The notes beneath the pieces were generated by a model. It saw only the letters and a program-made list of their open reading frames with translations. It ran no database searches and had not been told where the DNA came from. The translations under genes were made by a program, and so were the position numbers. Positions 30,917 to 40,257 of a stretch of 64,000 nt of DNA are shown piece by piece. Source of the stretch: a bacterium. GTDB taxonomy: Bacteria; Desulfobacterota; DSWW01. The stretch lies in NCBI GenBank assembly GCA_040756235.1, contig JBFLZG010000111.1:35508-99507 (forward strand). Direction: 5' to 3'. Each line of letters begins with the position of its first letter. Position 1 is the stretch's first letter.

Positions 30917-31612
30917 ATGCAAGAGCAGATTCAGCTCACCATCAACGGCGCGAAGATCACGGTGCCGAAGGGGACCACGGTCCTCGATGCGGCGCTCGAC
31001 TACGGCATCTGCATCCCCCACCTTTGCCACGTCCCCGGCCTGACGGCGTTCGGCGCCTGCCGCCTGTGCATCGTCGAGCACGTCCGCAACGGCAGATCCA
31101 GCGTCACGACTTCGTGCACCCTGGAGGCTCAGGCCGGCATGGTGATCCGGAGCGACACCGACCGGGTGAAGAAGCTGCGCCGGAACGTGGCCGAGCTTCT
31201 GGTGGCCGAGGCGCCCAACTCCAAGGCGATCCAGGACATCGCCGTGCGCTGCGGCGTCGAGGAAGTGCGCTATCCTTTTCGGCACAACAACTGCGTCCTG
31301 TGCGGCCGGTGCGTGCGGGTCTGTGAGCAGATGTGGAGGGCGCGGGCGCTCGGGTTCGTGGGCCGGGGCAGGGAGCGCCACGTGGACTTCCCCATGGGTG
31401 TGCGGCCCGACTTCTGCAAGAAGTGCGGCACCTGCGTCGATCTCTGCCCCATGACGATCACGCCCTGCGCCGGCCCCATGAAGAAAGGCGAAGAGAGCCT
31501 CTGCGGGCGTTGCGAGTCCCAGATTTCCATGACCCTGAAGATGCCGGACACGTGCGTCCAGTGCGATCTCGGAAAGGGCTTCGGCTGCATCCGGGCAACG
31601 CAAGTCCCTTGA
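30917..31612 (+). CDS. NuoG N-terminus/HoxU-like Fe-S subunit without catalytic domain
   Basis: PHLC...GACRLC...TSC; CVLCGRCVRVC; CKKCGTCVDLCP; extra Cys-rich tail. Confidence 0.88.
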   Translation: MQEQIQLTINGAKITVPKGTTVLDAALDYGICIPHLCHVPGLTAFGACRLCIVEHVRNGRSSVTTSCTLEAQAGMVIRSDTDRVKKLRRNVAELLVAEAPNSKAIQDIAVRCGVEEVRYPFRHNNCVLCGRCVRVCEQMWRARALGFVGRGRERHVDFPMGVRPDFCKKCGTCVDLCPMTITPCAGPMKKGEESLCGRCESQISMTLKMPDTCVQCDLGKGFGCIRATQVP

Positions 31613-31864
31613 AAAACGACCTTCTGCGGAGCCTGTGGCGAGCGAACAAGCAACCGGCCTGCGGCCCGGGTGAATCGGGCCGCAGGCCGGTGTCGTTCCT
31701 GCGGTGCGGCTCTTCGTCATCCCGCGGACCCCGGATCAAAGTCCGGGGCAGGCGCGGGGATCCCCCTGCTATGGGGGATCCCGGCCCACACACGCTACGC
31801 AGCATGGGCCGGGATGACAAAACAGAGCACAGCCTTCTGGCTCCCCCGGGAGACGAATTACCGC

Positions 31865-33454
31865 CTATGAGTTGATGATCTGCTCGGCTTCCTCGCGGTA
31901 CGAGTTCATGATGTACGGGATGCCGGAGATCTTGGCGGCCTCTTCGGTGAGCGCCATCAGATCGTTGCGCGAGACCGTCTGGAGATTGAAGTTGCGGCTT
32001 CCGGCCATGATCTGCTGGAGCCCGGTGCGGATCTTGTCCGCGAAAGTGTAGATCCCGATGGCCCCCAGGGGAAAGCTCTCCACTTCCTTGCCGTACCTGT
32101 CCCGCAGGGTTTCGTAGCAGACGAAGATCTCTTCCACCGTGGTGCCGAAAGCAGAAACGGTCTTCGGAAGGTCCCCCTCTTTGAGCCACACGCCGATGTT
32201 CTTGCCCACCATGCCCGGGATCATGAGCGCGCGGCCCATGCAGACCGCCTTGGTGTAGGGCGCTCCCATGGCCAGGGCCTTGAAGATGCCGTCTTCCGAC
32301 GAGAACCCGCCCGCGATCGCGATGTCAGGGATGAACTCCCCTTTGGCGGCCAGCTTGTCACAGAACTGCTGGGTCATGGACTGCAGGTAGAAGGTCGGCA
32401 CCCCCCACTCCACCATCATGCGCCAGGGGCTCATGCCGGTCCCGCCCGGGGCCCCGTCGATGGTGAGCAGGTCGATCTTCGCTCGCGAAGACCATTTGAT
32501 CGCCTTGGCGAGCTCCACCATGCCGTAAGCACCGGTCTTGAGGGAGATCCGCTTGGCCCCGAGCTTCCGCAGCCGGTCGACCTCCTGGAAGAAGCCTTCT
32601 TCGCTCACGAACCCGAGCCGGGAGTGCCGCTCGAACTCGCGGATCTCCCCTTCCTTGAAAGCACGCTGGATGGCGGGCACGGTCGGGTCCGGAGTCACGA
32701 TATAGCCGCGCTTCTTCAGCTCTACGGCCCTCTCGAGGCTGTTCACCTTGATCTCGCCGCCGATGCACTTGGCCCCCTGGCCCCACTTGAGCTCGATGCT
32801 CTCCACGCCGAGCTTGCCCACCGCGTACTCGGCCACGCCGAACATGGTGTCTTCCACGTTCATCTGCACGTGGATGTCGCCGTAGTTCTCTTCCCTGTAC
32901 CGGCGGTACACCTCGACCCGATGCCTGAGGTCGGGCGCCTCGACGATCTTGCCGTTCTTGAGCTCCAGCGCCGGATCGATGCCGCAGACGTTCTCGCCGC
33001 AAATGAGCGTGATGCCGGTGATGGCGGCCCCCACGGCAAAGTGGTCCCAGTTCCTGCGTGCGATTTCGGTCGAGCCCAGAGCACCCGTGAATATCGGCAA
33101 CCGCATGCGGATCTTGGAGCCGTATCCGTACTCCGTCTCGGTGTCGACGCTCGGGAAGATGGCGTGATCCGGGTCGCCGATGACACCTGCCGGAAGCCCC
33201 TTGGCGCCCGACGCGTACCCGTGGATGTTGAGGTGCGAGTAATCGACCGGGTAGTTCTTGTCCGCACCTGCCGAGATCGAACCGTATGGCCCGGGATAGA
33301 GCAGCTCACGGCCCCGGAAGGTCGCTTTGAAGACCTCGCAGTTGCCGCGGCACCCGTCGATGCAGCGGGTGCAGATGCCGGATACGGGCGCCACGCTGCG
33401 GGAGCGGTTGGCTGTCTGGGTGGCCTCGTTGGAGTTGGGCTGTTGGAGATTCAT
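31865..33454 (-). CDS. stand-alone FMN-binding glutamate synthase family protein
   Basis: N-terminal CTRCIDGCRGNC, ELKWGQGAK, DGAPGGTGMSP, KALAMG, MGRA; RBS GGAGG. Confidence 0.88.
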   Translation of the reverse strand: MNLQQPNSNEATQTANRSRSVAPVSGICTRCIDGCRGNCEVFKATFRGRELLYPGPYGSISAGADKNYPVDYSHLNIHGYASGAKGLPAGVIGDPDHAIFPSVDTETEYGYGSKIRMRLPIFTGALGSTEIARRNWDHFAVGAAITGITLICGENVCGIDPALELKNGKIVEAPDLRHRVEVYRRYREENYGDIHVQMNVEDTMFGVAEYAVGKLGVESIELKWGQGAKCIGGEIKVNSLERAVELKKRGYIVTPDPTVPAIQRAFKEGEIREFERHSRLGFVSEEGFFQEVDRLRKLGAKRISLKTGAYGMVELAKAIKWSSRAKIDLLTIDGAPGGTGMSPWRMMVEWGVPTFYLQSMTQQFCDKLAAKGEFIPDIAIAGGFSSEDGIFKALAMGAPYTKAVCMGRALMIPGMVGKNIGVWLKEGDLPKTVSAFGTTVEEIFVCYETLRDRYGKEVESFPLGAIGIYTFADKIRTGLQQIMAGSRNFNLQTVSRNDLMALTEEAAKISGIPYIMNSYREEAEQIINS

Positions 33455-33545
33455 CTTTCCCTCCAGTTTGAAGGTTGCGCTATTCTGCTTTAGGGCGGAA
33501 ACACTTCCCTCGGCATTCTTCAGCAGAGCTAAACCTTGCGCACAC

Positions 33546-33579
33546 AAAAAAAGGGTGTCTGACTTGGCCAGACACCCTT
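33546..33579 (-). terminator. intrinsic terminator in the 5' leader (attenuator)
   Basis: AAGGGUGUCUG-GCCAAGU-CAGACACCCUU followed by a U-run, about 90 nt before the start codon. Confidence 0.85.
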
Positions 33580-33650
33580 GTCTAACGCTAATGGCACAGA
33601 TTCAGGATTTGTGTGGGCAACCCTACCCGGGGGACACGCCTTTGTGTCCC
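33570..33650 (-). ncRNA. ANTAR-type dual-hairpin cis-regulatory RNA
   Basis: GGGACAC-AAAGGC-GUGUCCC and AGAC-AAGGGU-GUCU; both hexaloops have A1/G4, and the second hairpin overlaps the terminator 5' arm. Confidence 0.75.
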
Positions 33651-33662
33651 GGATCAGGTACT

Positions 33663-33691
33663 ACTTAATCAATTCTTCCATTCATTGTCAA
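33663..33691 (-). promoter_or_regulatory. putative sigma-70 promoter
   Basis: TTGACA-N17-TTAAGT just upstream of hairpin 1; weak -10. Confidence 0.45.
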
Positions 33692-33965
33692 GCGCATTCC
33701 GCTGTCCGGTTCGACTCTTCCGCAGCTCCCGGCGACCAGAAATCCCCGGCCAGGAGAAATCCTTCAGCTGCATCGGGCATCTTAGCTTCGGGTCCTGGCA
33801 GCCTATCGGGCGGTCCGCAAGAAGCCGGCCGAGGAGCGGGAAAACAAGCTTGTCGTATGGCTCGCGCAGAGACTTCCGGTCACCGAGGAAGTTCACGGCC
33901 GGAAGTTTCTGACGCGCGAGAACGGGAAGCGCACGGCACTCCGCTGCTGTTGGCCGGGCCCGCGG

Positions 33966-35322
33966 CTACTCCTGCACGAGCACGCTCGCCTGGAGCAGGT
34001 TCTGGGTGCCGGCCCATGCGCGCCCCCCGATTCGCCGCAACACGTGAATGAGGAAGTTGTTCTTGTCGTCGAGCCCGTTCGCTACCTCCAGATGCCAGTT
34101 GCCCCCGTCGTAGGCCCATATTTCAGCGCCTTCACGGATCGCCGCCGGGTCGGGGCGCAGCAGGAGCAGCACGTTTCCCACGTTGGCAAGATCGAGCTTT
34201 CCGGTTCCGAACCAGATCGCGCCCTCGTTCTCGGCAATGGCGTTCAGTCCGATCATGTAATTCGCTGCTCTCCCCCCCGGGCTCGCTCTCCTGAAAGCCG
34301 TGATCCAGGATCTTCTCCCAGTTCCCGGCATCGTTCTCGGTCCGGTAGTCTCCCGTGTACCGCCAGACCTCGCAACCGGTGTAGCGGTTTTCCGTGCCGA
34401 CATAAAGACTGCCGTCCGATGCCGCGAACAGCGAGCTGTTCTCGTTGCGGTCCGCACCCGGCGTGAAGTCGAAGCCGTCTGCGTTGATCTGGCGCCAGGT
34501 GAAGGAGCCGTTCTGCTCCAGGCCGCACCAGATTTCCGTCCCGTTTCCGTCCGGTTGCCGGTTTTCCGTCCCGGCGCACAGGTACGTGCTCCCGGCGTGG
34601 GAGACGACGGCCATGGAGGTTGCATCGGTGTTTGTGAGGTCGCCGAAGCCGTCCGGCGCGACCGGCAGGAATTGCCACTGCCCGGTCGCGTTCAGAACGA
34701 GCTGTCCCACACCGGCCCCCCCGTCCGCACGGTGCCGGAAAACGCCGATGAAGATCTTCCCGTTGTAGACCGCCATGGAAGTGGCTGCCTGGAAGCGCGG
34801 ATCCCCGAAGCCGTCGTGCGTGATCGTGTGCCACGCCACGCCGTCGAAGTAAGCCACGTCCAGCCCGTTCTCGTCCCAGGTGCCGGCGTAGAGGCCGGGC
34901 GGCAGCTCATTCCCCTGGTACGCGATGAGGGAGGTGACGGTGAAGCCCTGGCTTTCGAAAGGCGCCTGGGTGTCCTCCCAGACGTTGTCGCCGAGCGGCC
35001 TTCTGTATACTCTCGCGCCTTGCATCCGCCACGTGCCGGCATAGACGTAGCCGTCGAACAGGGCGAGATCCACGACACCGAGGTTGGCGTCGAGCTGCCT
35101 GTCGCCGGTGTTCAGGCTGCCGCTGCGGCCGAAGCCGCTGGCCTCGGCGATGCCCCACCCCGAGAAGTCAGGGCCGCCCCCGGCCGGGCCGGAGCCGTCT
35201 CCGAAGTCGTCCGGGCCTCCGCCCGAGCCTGAGCCGCCGCACCCCATCAGAACGGCAAGCGGCCCCAGGAGGACCATAGAGCACAATTTCTGCAGTGTCC
35301 CTTTCCGTGTCATTCTGCGCAC
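33966..35322 (-). pseudogene. lipoprotein with beta-propeller-like repeats, frameshifted at a G7 tract
   Basis: Lipobox VLMGC; recurring (L/V)Y(A/V)GT-type and G(T/C/A)E(I/V)W blades; removing one G at 34272-34278 joins ORF 34132-35322 to the distal frame ending at 33966. Confidence 0.65.
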
Positions 35323-35687
35323 CCCTTCACTTTCTCTATCTGCTTTCTTGACGATCTGCTTTCTTCACGATTGCCGGTCTCGCAAAGAGAAACGGCCTCC
35401 CCGTCGGCTCCGCGGACACGGAACCCTCTGTCAGCCGTAGTCATGCACGGGAGAGCGAAACTGGAGGGATTGACCTGCGAGAACCGCCCACAACCCGGGG
35501 CCGAAGGGCTGCATCGCTCTCCGCGCGCCCCGGGCGAAGCGGGCGACCTCCGCTGCTCACGAAGGTGCTCGCTTCCCCTGGGAAGGTCCGAAACGACCCT
35601 CTTCCCTACAGCATGGTGCTGACCGTTTCCAGTGCAAACGATTAGATGCAGGTGCCGGGGAACCTGGGTAAGTGAGGCATCGCGTGG

Positions 35688-36257
35688 TCAGACTTCGGTC
35701 TTCAATTGCTTGCCCACGTGAAACGCCCGGGCGACCACCTCTCCCAGGCGCTGGTACTTCTGCACGGACGGTGAGTAGATCAGCGGATCGATCTTCCGCG
35801 GGTCGGGCTTTCCATCCGTGAGACATTGCTCCGTGACATGAGTCTCCAGGATCTCTCCGACGACCAGCTCGTGGGAGCCGATGTCGAGCGACTGGATGAC
35901 CCTGCATTCCAGGTTGACCGGGCATGCCGTTACGAGCGGGGCCTTGGCGAGCCCCCCATAGAAGACATGAAACAGTTTCGACTTGTCCGTACTGCTGCCG
36001 GAGAAGATCCCGCAGTAATCCACTTCCCGCACCAGGTCCGCGCAAGGCACGTTGATCGAGAAGGCCCCGTTCGCCCGTATGCCCTTCAGCGTGTGACGGG
36101 TCTTGTTGATGGCAACCGAAACGGCAGGAGGCTTCATACAGGCGATGCCGCACCAGGCGGCGGTCATGAAGTTGGGGCTCCCGCCGACTTCAGCACCGAC
36201 CAGGACGGCGGGCATGGGATAGAGCAGCGTCTGGGGGCCGAGTCGGGTCTTGGACAC
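35688..36257 (-). CDS. flavin reductase-like FMN-binding protein (flavoredoxin-like)
   Basis: YPMPAVLV, NFMTAAW, FSINVP, CPVNLECR, SHELVVGEI; GTG start with RBS GGAGG. Confidence 0.9.
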   Translation of the reverse strand: MSKTRLGPQTLLYPMPAVLVGAEVGGSPNFMTAAWCGIACMKPPAVSVAINKTRHTLKGIRANGAFSINVPCADLVREVDYCGIFSGSSTDKSKLFHVFYGGLAKAPLVTACPVNLECRVIQSLDIGSHELVVGEILETHVTEQCLTDGKPDPRKIDPLIYSPSVQKYQRLGEVVARAFHVGKQLKTEV

Positions 36258-36473
36258 GGGCGGTCCTCCTCTCACGGCGCATGGCCGTGCAATGGTTCGC
36301 ATACGCGTTTTCCGTCATGCCGGAGCCAAGTTTGTCACCTCGTGACGAATCCGGCATCGACCGGCACGAACACGGTCGGGATCCATCCGGTCCGCCGGGA
36401 ACGGCTCGAAAGCACGGAAACCTTAGGAACACCGCATAGATGGAACCGGCTCATGTGGCGCAAGGGCGGATCG

Positions 36474-36489
36474 AGGCACGAGCATTGCA
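36474..36489 (+). promoter_or_regulatory. sigma-54 (-24/-12) promoter
   Basis: aGGCACGagcaTTGCA with exact GG-N10-GC spacing, about 57 nt before ATG 36546. Confidence 0.6.
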
Positions 36490-36545
36490 TCATGCCCCAA
36501 CTCGAGTCAAGGGATCCGCAACCCCACAGCTCGAGAGATGACGCC

Positions 36546-37841
36546 ATGAGATCCACAGGTAGCGGTGCCCGCCCGGTTTGCTTCCTCCTGTTTTTCTGTT
36601 CCCTGATTCCGTTGATCGCCGCCCCGGATGAAGCCGGTGCCGTCGTATACGTGCACCAGAGCCCCGTTGCGCTGTCCTGGGGAAGCGCGGACGGCCCCGT
36701 GGATCACTATAACATTTATCTTTCTACCAACAACCAGCCATTCGTGCTCCGGGGGCAGGCGACGTCCAACTCTCTCTCTTTGCCCGTGGCAGACGGCAGC
36801 CGGTACCTCGTCCAGGTCGAGGCAGAGAGCGCAGAGGGGGCCATCGGCCCGCTGTCGGACCCGTCGGACGAGCTCGTGGTCTTCCTGAACGGCTCGGCTG
36901 CGGATACCGACGGAGACAGTATGCCGAACGCCTGGGAGGTCCTGTACGGTCTCAGCCCCTACACCCCGGCCGACGGGGCGGAAGACGCGGATGGCGACGG
37001 CCTCTCGAATGCCGCCGAGTACCTCGCAGGCACCGTTCCCACCGATCCGGACACGGACGATGACGGGGTCCCGGACGGCGCGCCGCCATCGGGCGGACAG
37101 GACGATCCTCCGCAGCCCGATCCGGATTGCGCGGAGTGGATCCCGGAGGATGCCTTCTTGCTGCCGGAAGCGGGAGCCTATGGAAAGATCAGCGGAGGGG
37201 ACCCGCAACACGTGCAGGAGGTCCATTACGCATTCGCGGCCGAGCCCGGGAACATCCTCACGGTTTCCTACCAGGCCTGGGACGTGGACTTTGCATATGA
37301 AGTCGAGATCCTCGTCAACGGGCAATCCGTCGGCTTCGCCGCCAAGACCGGGACAAACGTCTGGGGCCCTACCCAGACGCTCTTCCTCCCGGACAACCTG
37401 TTCAACGAATCATGCCCCAACCTCCTCACCTTCCGGAACACCTACAACCCTCCTCGGACGTTCTGGTGGGGCGTCAGGGAGGTGCAGCTCGGCGGTCCCC
37501 CCCACCCTCTGCCGGACACAGGTGCATACGGAAGGATCCCGGACGGCGATCTGTCGCACGGCAATCAATTCGTCTGCAGCTTCTCCGGAACCACAGGAAA
37601 CGTGACCCTCCGCTATGAGGCCTACGACGTCGATTATGCGGACGAAGTGGAGATCACCGTCAACGGCGAGCCGATCGATTTCGCTCCCAAGACCGTGAAC
37701 AACTCCTGGGGCCCTGCCCACGAGATCCTCGTCCCGGATGAATTCGTCAACAACTCCTCTACCAACCTGGTCATCTTCCGGAACACCCGCAATCCTCCCA
37801 AGAAGTACTGGTGGGGCGTGAGAAACATTTCCCTGCAGTGA
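36546..37841 (+). CDS. secreted protein: FN3-like domain, Ca-binding DxDxDG repeats, two tandem ~110-aa beta-sandwich-like domains
   Basis: Signal peptide; DTDGDSMPNAWE, DADGDGLSNAAE, DTDDDGVPDG; duplicated GAYG...DVD...EVEI...NPP..WWGVR. Confidence 0.8.
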   Translation: MRSTGSGARPVCFLLFFCSLIPLIAAPDEAGAVVYVHQSPVALSWGSADGPVDHYNIYLSTNNQPFVLRGQATSNSLSLPVADGSRYLVQVEAESAEGAIGPLSDPSDELVVFLNGSAADTDGDSMPNAWEVLYGLSPYTPADGAEDADGDGLSNAAEYLAGTVPTDPDTDDDGVPDGAPPSGGQDDPPQPDPDCAEWIPEDAFLLPEAGAYGKISGGDPQHVQEVHYAFAAEPGNILTVSYQAWDVDFAYEVEILVNGQSVGFAAKTGTNVWGPTQTLFLPDNLFNESCPNLLTFRNTYNPPRTFWWGVREVQLGGPPHPLPDTGAYGRIPDGDLSHGNQFVCSFSGTTGNVTLRYEAYDVDYADEVEITVNGEPIDFAPKTVNNSWGPAHEILVPDEFVNNSSTNLVIFRNTRNPPKKYWWGVRNISLQ

Positions 37842-38190
37842 TCCGATCTGACACGAACCCGTTGGATCACCGTGGTGCATTCCATGGCTGCACCCTGTAG
37901 GCACCGGTGCGGCCGATTCCCTCGCCATCCAAGAGATCGTCCAAGCAACAGCATCCGCATGCGCTTCCGCTAATCCTGCGCAACCTTCCTGCTGCTGCTG
38001 CCAGGTTGCTCCTGCTCACGTGGCTCCTTTCACGGAAGTGCCGCGCCACATGGTACCCCTGCGGGTCATTTCGATTCCCCGCTCATCGATATAGTATAAT
38101 CTCGCCCGGCGGTGGCCGGATTTCGGCCTGACCGATCCCTCCGTATTCGTCACTGTCAAGATCCCACCGTGCAAGAAAGAGGAGGCTGAC

Positions 38191-40194
38191 ATGTATGACC
38201 CGGAAACGACCAAGGGAGGCACTCACCCGATGCTCTCGTCGCTGCCGCCGCAACGGACGGCCAAGGGGAAGGTGGTAACGGCCCAGGAGGCCGTGCAGGT
38301 CATTCGGGACGGGGACACCGTCGCTACCGGCGGGTTCGTCGGAATCGGCTTTGCCGAAGAGATTGCCGCTGCCTTGGAAGCGCACTTTCTGGATCACGGC
38401 AAACCCCGGGACCTGACCCTGCTTTACGCCGCGGGGCAGGGAGACGGGGCTCGCCGCGGCCTGAACCACCTCGGCCACGAAGGGCTCGTCCGGCGGGTCA
38501 TCGGCGGTCACTGGGGCCTGGTCCCCAAGCTCCAGGAGCTGGCCATGGCCGACAAGATCGTGGCCTACAACCTCCCCCAGGGGGTGATCTCCCACATGTA
38601 CCGGGACATCGCCGCCAAGAAACCACGCACCATCACCGCCGTCGGCGTGGGAACGTTCGTGGATCCGGAAAACGGCGGCGGCAAGATCAACGCGGTCACC
38701 ACCGAGGACATGGTGGAGCGGATCGTCTTCGACGGACAGGTCTATCTCGCCTACAAGACCTTGCCCATCGACGTGGCCATCCTCAGGGGAACAACGGCTG
38801 ACACCGACGGCAACATCACCATGGAAAAAGAAGCCCTCACTCTGGAATCGCTGGCCATCGCCACCGCAGCACGCAACTCCGGGGGCTTTGTCATCGTCCA
38901 GGTCGAGCGCATTGCAGAGCGGGGAACGCTCCATGCCCGGCAGGTGAAGATCCCCGGGATCCTGGTCGACTGCGTGGTCGTGTCCAGGCCCGAGAACCAC
39001 TGGCAGACCTTTGCAGAGGTATACAATCCCGCCTTCTCGAGCGAAATTCGGGTTCCGATCCGGTCCATCGCCCCGATGGAGATGTCGGCACAGAAGATCA
39101 TCGCCCGGCGCTCCGCCTTCGAGCTCAAGGCCAACAGCGTGGTCAATCTCGGCATCGGCATGCCCGAGGGGATCTCTTCGGTGGCTAACGAAGAAAAGAT
39201 CATCGACTACATCACGCTGACGGCCGAGCCGGGCGTCATCGGGGGCCTGCCGGCAGGAGGGCTCAGCTTCGGTGCCGCCACCAACACCATCGCAGTCATC
39301 GACCAGCCCTCCCAGTTCGACTTCTACGACGGCGGCGGCCTCGACATCGCCTTTCTGGGGCTGGCCCAGGCCGACAGAGAAGGGAACGTCAACGTGAGCA
39401 AGTTCGGACCGAAGCTGGCCGGCGCCGGGGGTTTCATCAACATCAGCCAGAACGCCAAGGCGGTCGTCTTTTGCGGCACGTTCACGGCCGGGGGGCTCAA
39501 AACCGAGGTTGCGAAGGGCCGCCTGAAGATCGTCGACGAAGGCCAGGCCACCAAGTTCGTCGACCGGGCCGAGCACGTCACCTTCAGCGGGAAGGTGGCC
39601 GCCGCCAAGGGACAGCAGGTGCTCTACGTGACCGAGCGTTGCGTCTTCTCGCTCAGCCCGGAGGGCATCGAGCTGGTCGAGATCGCCCCGGGAATCGATC
39701 TCGAAAGGGACGTCCTTGCCCGGATGGGCTTCACACCCGTCATCCGGGGAACGCCCAGGCTGATGGACGGCCGGATTTTCGAGGAAGATCCCATGGGCAT
39801 CCGGGAGGAGATGCTCGAGCTTTCGCTGTCCGAGCGTCTGACCTACGATCCGGAGGAAAACCGCTTTTTCGTCAACTTCGAAGGGTTCTCCGTCCGCTCG
39901 AGCCGGGAGGTTAGGGAGGTCAAAGCGGCGGTTTACCGGATCCTGGCCCCACTCGACCGGAAGGTCTACACCATCGTCAACTACGACAACTTCTTCATCG
40001 CTCCGGATGTGGTCGACGAATACACCGAGATGGTCAAGGGCCTCGTGGACCGGTTCTACTCCGGGGTCACTCGGTACACCACCAGCACCTTCATGAGGAT
40101 GAAGATCGGCGATGCCCTCAAGAAGAGCAAGGTGGCTCCGTTCATTTACAAAAACAGAGGAGAGGCAGCAAAGGCGGTGCAAAAGAAGGTGTAG
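38191..40194 (+). CDS. acyl-CoA:acetate/3-ketoacid CoA-transferase (YdiF/Pct-like fused class I) with C-terminal extension
   Basis: GTFVDP, NLGIGMP, AEPG catalytic Glu, [14 protein letters not shown]. Confidence 0.92.
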   Translation: MYDPETTKGGTHPMLSSLPPQRTAKGKVVTAQEAVQVIRDGDTVATGGFVGIGFAEEIAAALEAHFLDHGKPRDLTLLYAAGQGDGARRGLNHLGHEGLVRRVIGGHWGLVPKLQELAMADKIVAYNLPQGVISHMYRDIAAKKPRTITAVGVGTFVDPENGGGKINAVTTEDMVERIVFDGQVYLAYKTLPIDVAILRGTTADTDGNITMEKEALTLESLAIATAARNSGGFVIVQVERIAERGTLHARQVKIPGILVDCVVVSRPENHWQTFAEVYNPAFSSEIRVPIRSIAPMEMSAQKIIARRSAFELKANSVVNLGIGMPEGISSVANEEKIIDYITLTAEPGVIGGLPAGGLSFGAATNTIAVIDQPSQFDFYDGGGLDIAFLGLAQADREGNVNVSKFGPKLAGAGGFINISQNAKAVVFCGTFTAGGLKTEVAKGRLKIVDEGQATKFVDRAEHVTFSGKVAAAKGQQVLYVTERCVFSLSPEGIELVEIAPGIDLERDVLARMGFTPVIRGTPRLMDGRIFEEDPMGIREEMLELSLSERLTYDPEENRFFVNFEGFSVRSSREVREVKAAVYRILAPLDRKVYTIVNYDNFFIAPDVVDEYTEMVKGLVDRFYSGVTRYTTSTFMRMKIGDALKKSKVAPFIYKNRGEAAKAVQKKV

Positions 40195-40257
40195 ACAGCC
40201 AGCTAGAGAAGGCTCAAAGAATCTCCGGAAATCCCAAGCCCTGCGCAACAGCCTGGT

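Noticed and set aside
28578..31612. Respiratory complex I or hydrogenase operon
   Set aside because: No membrane nuo genes, H-cluster motifs or NiFe subunits.
33669..33896. ORF containing EPYDKLV, reminiscent of CoA-disulfide reductases
   Set aside because: The match is too short to support a call.
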